NCBI GenBank assembly: GCA_037447435.1
Contig: JBBIGR010000009.1
Location: 32,001 to 96,000, forward strand
From: Fibrobacteria bacterium
GTDB taxonomy: Bacteria; Fibrobacterota; Chitinivibrionia; Chitinivibrionales; FEN-1185
DNA: 64,000 nt
Direction of reading: 5' to 3'
The translations under genes and the position numbers were made by a program. Of this stretch, positions 7,956 to 17,426 are shown in pieces (the first letter of the stretch is position 1; each line of letters begins with the position of its first letter). The notes beneath the pieces were generated by a model. It saw nothing but the letters and a program-made list of their open reading frames with translations, was not told the origin of the DNA and did not search any database.

Positions 7956-10796
7956 CTATGGAAACAGAAAGGTGTGTATCAAAGAGTCAAGCCGCGAGCT
8001 CATTTTTATCGCCCCGTTCGGACATAAATGGTTCCAATTCAATGCCTCCGAATCCGCATAGTCGTGATTGCCGTTTTTATAGGCATCGTAAAAATGATAA
8101 TATGGATTTCCGGTTTCGTACGATGCGAATTTTTGCATTATCGCTTTCCCGGTTTCCCAAGGCAACCCGCTGTAGCTGTATTTGTCCGTGTTTTTATACG
8201 CAGGGCTTTCGGGAAAATTAATGACAAGAAAATGAATGTGTTGGGCCGATAAATCATTGATAAATGATTGCAGTGTGTCGAAGTTTTGGGCAACCTGCGG
8301 CGTGGCCAATGTCCATGTTTGGTTATTTGCCAAATTGGGATCGCCCCCCCAGTTTTGACAGGGGACCATCGCCTGGCCGCAAACTTCCTGCGGTGCGTAA
8401 TAATGCGATGCCTGGGTAATTAATCCGTCAAATTGGGCCGGTTTACCGAATTTCCAGAAATTATGATGCAGGTCGTATTGATACCCTTTGCTGCGAACAA
8501 TGCCCGCATTCCACGAAACGTCTGCGCCGTCCGAACAGAGCCAATACGGTGTGACGCTAAAAGCTATCAACCGTATTTGAGGGCAATGGGGAAGTATATA
8601 TTGATGGGTAAGAGACCACAGACCGCGCATTCCCCCGGCGGCATATCCCATATTTACCGCCTTAAAACCGGTAAATCTGCTGCAGTCGATGGCATTTGCC
8701 ATTTGAGAACTGCCCAGGAAAAAAAGCTGTGCGTCATGATAGTTTTTCCAGAATATCTCCATTTTCATCGCGGTTTCATTCTGGAACTGGTATTCATGGG
8801 GATCGTCGTATAAACCGAGGCTGTCGGCGTCGAGCCCTCCCGCGGACGGCGGGATGTTTCCTATCCATAAATAAGGATGTTCGAGCGATACCCCGGCAAC
8901 GATTTTTCGATAGGTGTTTTTGCTAAAATCAATGTAATAGATCGAGCGGCTTTCGTCCGATGAGTTCCGCGCCACGCTCACGGCGAATTGCTCGTACGGC
9001 GACCATTTGGGAAAGTCCCAGGAGCTTTCATTGTCGGGGCATTTGAGCCATGAAATCACCTTGCCCGAAAAATCGGCTATAAAAAGATACTGATGCACAC
9101 CGTACGGTCCGCCGACAAGCGTACTCGAACTGCTGCCGAAATCGAGAAACAGGCAACGATCGGGATGCGCGCTGTCAGGGCTAACCGACACGTTGCAGAC
9201 CTGGGTCGAGCCCGAGGCGGGCTTCCCGTTGAGCGGAAAGACGAACAGCTGTTTTTGCTCCTGGGAAATCAGGTCCTTCATGTAAAGCTTCGTGTAACCG
9301 CTTGCGATATAACGGCCGTCAAGGGAAACGCCGTCGTGGAAAGAGCCGTTTTGCACAATGATTTCAGGGCTTCCGGCCGGTTTTCCGGCGGTCATTTTTT
9401 GCAAAAATGTCTTCGTGCCGTTCCATTCTGCCAAACCGTTGTCGATTGCCGAATTTGTAAACACGATGAACGTGTCTTTACTCGACGGGTTTACCCACCA
9501 GCGAGGCATATAGGCGAAGTCGGAAGCGATTTTTACCAACGTCGTGTGAATGGAATCCAGGCTCCGGATATAAATGGCCGACGAATCGCCGAAACCCATA
9601 TTCTGGGTACAGAAGGCGGCATTTTTCCCGTCGGGCGATATTGTCGGGAAATAAACGTTCGTCATGTCCTGGAATTCGCGTATTTGCGGATGGGCTTCGC
9701 TGTAGTCGATAAAACACAATGTCCTGCGATTGAGCGTGACGTTGACATAGACGAGTTTTGCCGATGAGGTGCAAAGAAACGGTCGCATGTCGCTTACGGT
9801 CATATCGGCGGGATTGGAAGAAACCTTTGCGGTATCCGATGAAACGAACAACGGCGCGGGAATAATACCGCGCGCGCATCTGAAACCCACGTATTCACAG
9901 GCCGAAGAGGCCGACGTTGAATAGGTTGCCGAGCGGCATTCCGGGCGAAGGTTAAAAATGTCATGTTCGAACGAACCGCCTTTTATGACCCTTTCGAATC
10001 CCTGATTGTGTTCCTGGCTGCCAATGGGATTGCTTATGGGTATAGCCGTATGTTGCGCTTTCCAGTCTCCTGTCCATTCAAAGACATTGCCGGCCATATC
10101 GTAAAGATCTAAAGTGTTTGGTGTTTTGGTGGCAACGGGATGAGCGGTCCGGCCGGAATTTCTCACATACTAGGCGTCGCCCGAAGCTTGGAGCGAATCG
10201 CTGAAACTTTTGAATAATTTTTCCGAACTTTCTTCACGAGCTGCAAATTCCCATTCCGCTTCCGTCGGCAACCGAATGCCGTTTCGTTCATAATGAATGT
10301 GGAGCCCCACCAAATCCGTGACATTGCCCGCCGAGTTTTTTGCCATGGAATAAAAAGTATAGACGGTGTCGAGACCTTGACGTCTGCTTTTTGCATTGCA
10401 AAAAAGTGCCGCGTCAAACCAGGTCACGTTATACACCGGAAAATCAGGGCCTTTTCCATAACTGCTCGTATCCGCGACCGGATTGGTTCCCGTCGTTTTC
10501 TGGTATTGTTCCTGTGTCACTTCTGTCGAGTCAATCCAATAGTCGTACGAAAAAGTCACGGGCATCAAAGGCTTTTCATCGGAATTGGCCGCGGAATCGT
10601 TGCTTCCCATAAGAAAAGACTTTCCCGAAGCCGATATTTTTTTCATGCCGGCATAATCAGGCTCGCTTGTTTGCGGCGCGCGATCGGAGTGGACGCAGGA
10701 AAGAAAGGAAATCGAAGCTGCCAGCAGCAACCGGGCTAAATGGTTTAATCGTATGATAGGAAAAGTCCTTGTTCCGATTTTACAATGCATGCTCAA
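7956..10796 (-). pseudogene. TIGR02171-like lipoprotein (FGE-sulfatase domain + beta-propeller + SGNH-like region) interrupted by one in-frame TAG
   Basis: ORFs 10170..10796 and 7956..10166 share a frame and join as ...SGDA-TAG-YVRNSGRTAHPV. Lipobox FLSC, TEVTQ and RLPTEAEWEFAAR precede the stop; PN..LYDMAGNVFEW and GFRC follow it. Confidence 0.75.
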
Positions 10797-10828
10797 ATGG
10801 CTGAATAGGAAAATATAAAATATGTTAT

Positions 10829-10866
10829 GAAACTAAAACGGGCGCTTTATCGCCCGTTTTAGTTTC
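10829..10866 (-). terminator. Long hairpin, probable intrinsic terminator
   Basis: GAAACTAAAACGGGCG-ctttat-CGCCCGTTTTAGTTTC, a 16-bp perfect stem just after the 10881 stop. Confidence 0.7.
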
Positions 10867-10880
10867 GATGCGGAAAAGTA

Positions 10881-12617
10881 CTAGTTGGCAAAAGATATTT
10901 CTTTTTGCGTCTGCATACCGTTCAATTTGAGCTTGACGATGTAGCTGCCGCCCGATATCCGGAGATTGGATATCGGTACCGCGTTTTCACCGGCAACGCC
11001 CTCGCCTTTAGCAATATCCGCGATTTTGCTCCCGTTCATCGAAAATACCGACAGGAGATACTTGCCGCTTTGCGCAAGCCATATATGCGCAACGCTGCGG
11101 GTAACGTCGCCGATGAATAGCTGTGCCGATTTTTCATTGCCCAAAACTGGCGAAACGGTTTGGGTTATTGTATTGGTATTGACATAGACCAGTTCTATGC
11201 CTTTCCCATTGACCGGATCCAAATTGCGGGAATACTGACGCGCCGTGTTACTGTTCCAATGTTCCTGTACGCCAGCGCTCGGGGTTGCATTTGCGGCGTT
11301 GATAATGTATTGCTCGCCCGAAGTTCCGGTGCTGCTGTGCATGGCAAAAAAGTCCATGGAAACTGATTCTTCGGCAACACCGTCAAGCGACAAAATGAAG
11401 CTCGACATCGGTTTGCCGTTGAACGGTGCTTCGCTGAAATTAGCCCACGGCGCTCCGTCAAGTTGCGGACTCGGGTACATCGCATCCATTGCCCATAAAA
11501 CGACTTTGCCGCCGAAATGTGCATTTGTCATATAATTGGTCAAAGCATTGTCCGCGGGATGTCTGTTTCCATTGTCCGACCATACCGGTTTGATGCCGTT
11601 GGTCCCGTAAAAATTTTTTGCTCCGAAGGTGACGGTTCCGGTGTGGCCTTTCAGCAAAGGCTGGTCCACGATATACCGAGCATTATAAAATGTTGCGATT
11701 TGACCGGTAACGACATCATTATTAGGAAATACGTTTGCCACAGTCGGTGAAGTTATACGTCCGTTATTGCCGAAATAATCAATGACCCGGACTTTCGGGA
11801 ATGTTGTGTGGATAGCGTTGAAAATACTGTCCGTCACCGCGCGGCTTGGGTCGCCGATGGTTATTTCACCTTCAGGAACGCCGGCCTTGATAAGACTTGT
11901 AAGAATCGCAACACATGTCTGGGGGTTCGCGTTCATGACATTGCCGGGGCTTGCTGCAGGAGCTGCCGAATTGTTTTGATTGATTTTAATGGCAACGCTG
12001 TCTCCCTTTTGATATCCTGTTCCTGCGCGGCCATGATTGTCGTTGAAATATTTGAAAATTTTGTCCCAAGACGTCGAATCGCTGGTGCCGCCGGATAGAT
12101 TTTCAATACCGGCTGTAAAGGCTTTATTGTATTCTGCCTGAGGATTGTACTTACCTTCCCAATAATTTCCCGAACCTCGCCACATTGCCGCATTGGGATT
12201 ATATACCCAGGTAACGCGGCCGGGATAAATGCCTTTGGCCGTGCCTATCGGCGCATTTGCCGCAACAGCGGGATGAACATGGTTTGCAATAAAAACAAAA
12301 AGTGAAATGCCGCTTAAAAGAAAGAACAATAGTCCGTAGAAAACTTTGGAATTTTTAATAAGCGATCTGGCTTTTCGAAATGCAAAAACAGAGCCTGTCA
12401 GCGAGGCCAAATAGATAAAAAAGCCTGTCATTACAGATAACGAGGCCTTTTGGCAAGGATACGTAATACGGGACGGTTTGGGTATAACGCGAACTAAAAA
12501 CCAAATAGTTGCCGCAATGCCCGAGAACAAAAACGCCCATTTTGGCCAGGCATCCTTGTTTATGCCTTTAATTTTGCCTGTTTTAGGGCAACGGGAAAAT
12601 AAATTTGAAAAAAACAC
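10881..12617 (-). CDS. DUF362-like protein with two N-terminal TM segments and C-terminal T9SS-like domain
   Basis: GTG start after GGGGG; RVIPKPSR.TYPCQ; GIYPGRVTW; VAIKIN; LKGH..TFGAKNFYG; C-terminal VFSMNG...GSYIVKL. Confidence 0.7.
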   Translation of the reverse strand: MFFSNLFSRCPKTGKIKGINKDAWPKWAFLFSGIAATIWFLVRVIPKPSRITYPCQKASLSVMTGFFIYLASLTGSVFAFRKARSLIKNSKVFYGLLFFLLSGISLFVFIANHVHPAVAANAPIGTAKGIYPGRVTWVYNPNAAMWRGSGNYWEGKYNPQAEYNKAFTAGIENLSGGTSDSTSWDKIFKYFNDNHGRAGTGYQKGDSVAIKINQNNSAAPAASPGNVMNANPQTCVAILTSLIKAGVPEGEITIGDPSRAVTDSIFNAIHTTFPKVRVIDYFGNNGRITSPTVANVFPNNDVVTGQIATFYNARYIVDQPLLKGHTGTVTFGAKNFYGTNGIKPVWSDNGNRHPADNALTNYMTNAHFGGKVVLWAMDAMYPSPQLDGAPWANFSEAPFNGKPMSSFILSLDGVAEESVSMDFFAMHSSTGTSGEQYIINAANATPSAGVQEHWNSNTARQYSRNLDPVNGKGIELVYVNTNTITQTVSPVLGNEKSAQLFIGDVTRSVAHIWLAQSGKYLLSVFSMNGSKIADIAKGEGVAGENAVPISNLRISGGSYIVKLKLNGMQTQKEISFAN

Positions 12618-12892
12618 GGAAACCCCCCATGGAAAAATTTAACGTTAAATCACCCAAAAATTCTTCATAACCTTCTTGCAGGTTACACCGTTAAAAAGAT
12701 GATAATGCTTCAACACCGGCCTTATAACCTCTAGACCTCACCCCTTAAATTTGTAACAAAATACCCCTTGCCCTCATGGGCGTATAACTAATAGTACGAA
12801 ATAATGTTGTCGGAATTTGATTGTTTAATAAGTCCTGTTGATACAACTTTTAATACTGTTCCGGTTTTAATAAAGTTCTAAAGTTCAACCAT

Positions 12893-12921
12893 AAAAAAAG
12901 CCCCCAAAAAAGGGGGCTTTT
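12893..12921 (-). terminator. Rho-independent terminator
   Basis: AAAAGCCCCC-aaaaaa-GGGGGCTTTT with a flanking A-run (U-tract on the - strand), after the 12948 stop. Confidence 0.8.
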
Positions 12922-12947
12922 CCGTCAATCTACTTCAAGAAAAGTAT

Positions 12948-15344
12948 CTATCGTAAAATCGCAAAATACCGCATTCCCACGATTCCGCCCGCACATGATT
13001 CCGACGCATGGAAATTGACAGCCGAATACCTGCTGCCGATAAGCGGCGCAGATGCCGCCGCGCTGCATACGGAAAAGCTGCGCAAAACGTGTGCGGCAAC
13101 AATTCCCGTACCGCTGAGCGCGATAGGAATGGTCGGATTGTTCGACGCATTGCTCGTTATTGTCAATGTGCCGGTTTCCAACTTTTGTGTCGTGGGTCCG
13201 AATTGGACTTGTATCGAAACCGAAGAATTGCCCGGAACAATTAGAGGCAATGCGGCAAGAGACCGGAAGCGCGCATTGCTGCTGGTAATGGCCGAAACCG
13301 TTGTCGCGGAAGCGCATTCGTTTATAAGAATCAACGGGCTGGTGGCCAGGCTGCCGACGCCGACGTTGCCGAAAGCCAAATTCGTTTTGTCGGTTGTCAG
13401 GCACAAGGGCGTCCGTACGGTCACGGTCTGGACGGTTTTCGACGAATCGCCCCAATTGTCAACAACCGTCAGAGTCACCGGTATCGGGAGTCCGCCGGGG
13501 TTCGAGGTATACGTATGCGAAACCGGCGCCGATGTTTGGGCACTCGTCGTGCCGTCGCCGAAATCCCATTTGTAGCCGACGATGCTGCCGTCGGGATCAT
13601 AACTTGCCCCGGCATTGCACGTGACCCTTAAAGGAATCGGGCCCGAAGACGGCGTCACGCTGAAGCTCGCGACAGGGGTCTGGTTTGTATTGGTAAAGGT
13701 GTATTGCACGTTGAATGTTGCGCCGCCGTTGTCCAGGGTTCTGGGCAGCGCGTCGGTCGTCGCGTATCCGGCACCGCCGTGCATATAATCGAAAATCGAA
13801 TATGCCTTGACAATAGTGGGTGTGCCGACGTATCCGTCCTGTACGGTCAATTGATATTTGCATGCGCGCGACGGCGACGGCGCCGCATCGCTCAAGTCGA
13901 CAAAAAATGTCGCGTCGACGGGCGTGGCCGAGGTCGTTCCGTTGAACGCGTAGGCGCCGCCGCTGAACCCGAATGAATTGGGCACAACGGTGCTTACCGA
14001 GTTGTCGACTGCCGCGACATTGAACGTGAGCATGAACTGATTGCGAAGCGATTGGTTAAGAGTGTATTTCGCCACAACGCGCGGCTTGTAATAATCGCGC
14101 ACCGTTATCCAATACGGACCGGCATAAAAAAACCTGTGCCGGCTGCCGCTGCCGACCGGGCCGCCCGCGACATGGGTCTTTTCCCATAACGCATCGTATG
14201 AAAGCCAGACAAATCCCGAGTTGCCCCAGTCGGCCCCCCACGAGTTTGCAAGCTTGAATGCGCCTTTTTCACCCGCGTCAACAACGCCGTTCTGATTCAA
14301 ATCGATCCAAATGTCGTCATTGTACCCGACAATAGTCATGGAATGGCCGCCCGAATACCCGTCGCAATAGGCGATTGCTTGTTGGTTTGCAAACGAGTCG
14401 TCGACCGCGGTCGACGGATCGTTGCCGACGGTTGCAAATACGAAGCTGTACGCGTACAGTCCTCCGGTGAATACGTGACCGTTCAAGAGCATCGTCTTGA
14501 GTATGGTTACCCCGGTTGCGTTCGTATCGTACCCGTATAATTCGCCGTAATCGGCTATCCTGTTGCCGATCGCGGACAACCAGGTGTCGGGATTTTGGCA
14601 CCATTCGAGGTAATTGGTTGCCGGCGTGCTTGATTCCTGGTAGGGGAATTGGTCCCAGGTCGGCGCTCCATGCGCCTTTATCAAGTTGTAATTGTCGTAC
14701 CAACTCGATCCGTAATCGCCGCCGCCGTTTACCATATTGTACAAAAACTTCGGCGAAAATTTCGTGGTATTGTCGGTGTTTTTATTGTTCCAACCCCTGC
14801 GGAGGCCTGTTTCGTGTGTCAACTGGCTGTAGGCGATTGAAAACGACACGCAGGAACCGATGGAGCCTTGCGTGCGGATCTCGGGAAACGAGGGCAACAG
14901 GCTGTTGTCCGCAGACGACGGCAGCGTCACGCCGCCCAAAGCATCCCCTGCGGAAAGAACTTCTTCGGCGCTGCCGGCGGCGTTTCCCGTCGGCACGAGC
15001 GAATCGGTCGCCGCGCCCCCTTTTGTTCCTTCAATTTCATTTGCATTGCTTCGGACCCGCTCCCGCGCATCCTGTATCATTTTCAGCGTAATGGTTTTTT
15101 TTCCGTGTTTCGCCCGCCATGCGTTTATGGCGTCCAAATTTTCGGCGATTCGGTCGATACCGAGATCGTTCAGTTTCACATTTGTCACTTGCGTCAGATT
15201 CTTACGCATCCGGTCGCGTTCCTCGGGGGTCGGCATTTTTGCGCCGGTCGTGCCGCGGACCGGCTCGGTCCAGAATCCCAGACCTGCCGTTGCCGCCGTC
15301 GCATAGAGCAGCAGGGGCAAGAGAAATATATATACCTTAGACAT
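12948..15344 (-). CDS. Secreted papain-family (C1A) cysteine peptidase with PKD and ASH/choice-of-anchor D Ig domains
   Basis: QGSIGSCVSF (Gln/Cys), GGHSMTIVGY (His), ANSWG (Asn); PKD S.DPDG.IV.Y.WDFGDG; AAGGAG RBS before ATG 15344. Confidence 0.85.
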   Translation of the reverse strand: MSKVYIFLLPLLLYATAATAGLGFWTEPVRGTTGAKMPTPEERDRMRKNLTQVTNVKLNDLGIDRIAENLDAINAWRAKHGKKTITLKMIQDARERVRSNANEIEGTKGGAATDSLVPTGNAAGSAEEVLSAGDALGGVTLPSSADNSLLPSFPEIRTQGSIGSCVSFSIAYSQLTHETGLRRGWNNKNTDNTTKFSPKFLYNMVNGGGDYGSSWYDNYNLIKAHGAPTWDQFPYQESSTPATNYLEWCQNPDTWLSAIGNRIADYGELYGYDTNATGVTILKTMLLNGHVFTGGLYAYSFVFATVGNDPSTAVDDSFANQQAIAYCDGYSGGHSMTIVGYNDDIWIDLNQNGVVDAGEKGAFKLANSWGADWGNSGFVWLSYDALWEKTHVAGGPVGSGSRHRFFYAGPYWITVRDYYKPRVVAKYTLNQSLRNQFMLTFNVAAVDNSVSTVVPNSFGFSGGAYAFNGTTSATPVDATFFVDLSDAAPSPSRACKYQLTVQDGYVGTPTIVKAYSIFDYMHGGAGYATTDALPRTLDNGGATFNVQYTFTNTNQTPVASFSVTPSSGPIPLRVTCNAGASYDPDGSIVGYKWDFGDGTTSAQTSAPVSHTYTSNPGGLPIPVTLTVVDNWGDSSKTVQTVTVRTPLCLTTDKTNLAFGNVGVGSLATSPLILINECASATTVSAITSSNARFRSLAALPLIVPGNSSVSIQVQFGPTTQKLETGTLTITSNASNNPTIPIALSGTGIVAAHVLRSFSVCSAAASAPLIGSRYSAVNFHASESCAGGIVGMRYFAILR

Positions 15345-15376
15345 TTTGTACTCCTTGGTCAATTTTAGGGGGCCCA

Positions 15377-16801
15377 TTAATTAAGTTTTGTCCAACCGGT
15401 CTGCGTTTTCACCCATGTCGTGTTCGGCGACGCGGTCGTATTGACATAATAGGTTCCTATTGCGGCTGTCGGGCTTGTCGCCGTCGGGTCGACCGTACCG
15501 GTGAGAACCCGGGACGCGGAAAGACCGTATGCGGATGCGGTAAGCGGCGTTCGCGGTTGCAATACGTCAAATGAACCGTCGTTTACCGTGAGCTGCGCCC
15601 AAAGATTGGCATTGGCATTGACCACATCGACAAGTTTACCGGTTGTCGTGCCTTCGCCGAGACGAACGGTGAAGTTTCCGTTATTCACGGTAATGGCCGA
15701 AAAGCTTTCGGAATACAGCAGCGATCCCGCCGTGGCGTCGTTATACAAATCGACGATCATGGCGACATTGACCGGCGTGGGGGAGCCGATCGCAACTCCC
15801 GACGATGAGTAAAGCTGGCCGTTAAACGACAACTTGTTGCTATTGGAAGATGTCGGGGTCGGACCAGTCTTGAATGTTGCGCTTATGGTATGGTTTGCGG
15901 TCACGGAATTGAACGTATAGGAACCGATGCTTCCCTGGCCGGTCCCGTCCACGGTGACAACGTCAACGACGTAGCCGGTATTCGGCGAAACGATAAATGT
16001 TTGGTTCGCGCCATAGGCTACCGAAACGGAACCGCTCGGGCTTATCGAGCCGTTTGCCCCTGCAGTTGCCGTAATGGAAAATGTCCCGACGCTAAAATTC
16101 GCCGTAATTGCTTTGTTGGAATTCATGGTCACGGTCGCCGGGTTTGTCGTACCGGTCAAATCGCCGCTGAAGTTTGCAAACGTATACCCCGTATTCGGCG
16201 TGGCCGTCACGGTTACGGACGTTCCCGATGCATACGAACCGCCTGCAGGATTTAACGTGATCGAGCCGCCCGCAGCAGGCACGGCCGATGCCGTCAAAGT
16301 GTAATTCGCAGGCGTCGAGCCGTACACTTCGAATTCGTACAAAGAATATCCGTACGCCGTTGTGCGTGCGGTACCGTTCATACGGATATATCGACCGGTC
16401 CCGGCAAGGCCCGAAAAATCATCGGTTCGCGCGCCTGCGGCCATATTTGTTTTTGTCAATATGGTCGTCCAGGAGTTGCCGTCGGCCGAAACGTCGACGG
16501 TATAGTTTTTTGCCGATGCGGCTTCCCAGCGCAAAACGACGCGGTTGACGACAGTGCTTGTTCCCAAATCGATACGGATCCATTGCGGATCGGAAAATGC
16601 GCTGCTCCACCGGGTTGTCGTATTTCCGTCAACAGCAAGATTGGCGGTTAAAAGCGATGTTTCCACGCTCGACGCGGTGGCCGGTTTGTTTAAAGCCAAA
16701 TTTTGTCCGAACGACGCTGTGGCAAGAATGACTAAGCCTAAAAGAAGTGCGGTGCCCGATTTAATGAAAGATACGGATTTTGGACATTGATGGTAGTTCA
16801 C
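15377..16801 (-). CDS. Secreted discoidin (F5/8 type C, CBM32) protein with bacterial Ig-like repeats and a C-terminal fibre-type domain
   Basis: GTG at 16801 after AGGGG; NLALNKPATASS..AVDG..TRWSS..DPQWI.IDLG..YSLYEFEVYG; two Ig-like repeats; F.GQL..LY.E..V..G.F.V.LG..L.PR.PLTA.AY block. Confidence 0.75.
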   Translation of the reverse strand: MNYHQCPKSVSFIKSGTALLLGLVILATASFGQNLALNKPATASSVETSLLTANLAVDGNTTTRWSSAFSDPQWIRIDLGTSTVVNRVVLRWEAASAKNYTVDVSADGNSWTTILTKTNMAAGARTDDFSGLAGTGRYIRMNGTARTTAYGYSLYEFEVYGSTPANYTLTASAVPAAGGSITLNPAGGSYASGTSVTVTATPNTGYTFANFSGDLTGTTNPATVTMNSNKAITANFSVGTFSITATAGANGSISPSGSVSVAYGANQTFIVSPNTGYVVDVVTVDGTGQGSIGSYTFNSVTANHTISATFKTGPTPTSSNSNKLSFNGQLYSSSGVAIGSPTPVNVAMIVDLYNDATAGSLLYSESFSAITVNNGNFTVRLGEGTTTGKLVDVVNANANLWAQLTVNDGSFDVLQPRTPLTASAYGLSASRVLTGTVDPTATSPTAAIGTYYVNTTASPNTTWVKTQTGWTKLN

Positions 16802-17426
16802 AACAACCCCCTTTGAATTAAATGTGAGTGTATTAAACAAATGCAAACATGGTTTTCTATTTAACATTGTTAAATTCAAAAAAGTATGACAATACCCATG
16901 ATTGGATTGAACCAATTTGGGCTGTGATGGAATGAGAAAATTATTTCCGCTTTTGCGGCAAAGATGGTGATCGCGTTTTGGAAAACAAAATATAGATATT
17001 AGTATTTAAAAGTCCAAATAAAAAAAGGACTTGGGTAGACTTTATTATTAAAAAATAATTTGCAAAGAAAATTTGTTTTGTACTACAAAAATCGCTAATT
17101 TGTCCAAACATTTTGCTAAAATTGCTTATATTATAGATAATAGCGGCACATTTGTTTTAGAAAAAATATGAAATTTAATATTTTATTGAAATATTAAGAT
17201 TTTATAGTTGGTATTTATTGTCATCTGAAATAGCGAAAAATAGAAAATTTCAGGTGTTTTCCAGTAAAAAAGAGCATCAATCCGTTTTATAGGGAGATTG
17301 ATGCGGATGAGCGAATGGTTTTGTGACCTTATTTAATGGGTTAACTTAATGACGGAATTACTGCTCTTTTAATCGTTTTAAAAAAGAAGGTTTTTTTAAT
17401 AATTTAACAAAATATTGGGGGCAAGA

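Noticed and set aside
9860..10160. Diversity-generating retroelement target (FGE/CLec fold)
   Set aside because: No reverse transcriptase and no second template copy was seen in the window.
7956..10796. Genome-wide TAG recoding or pyrrolysine
   Set aside because: TAG ends several genes at their expected C-termini (rimM, cusA, the barrel ending YKF), no pyl genes are present, and the position calls for Trp.
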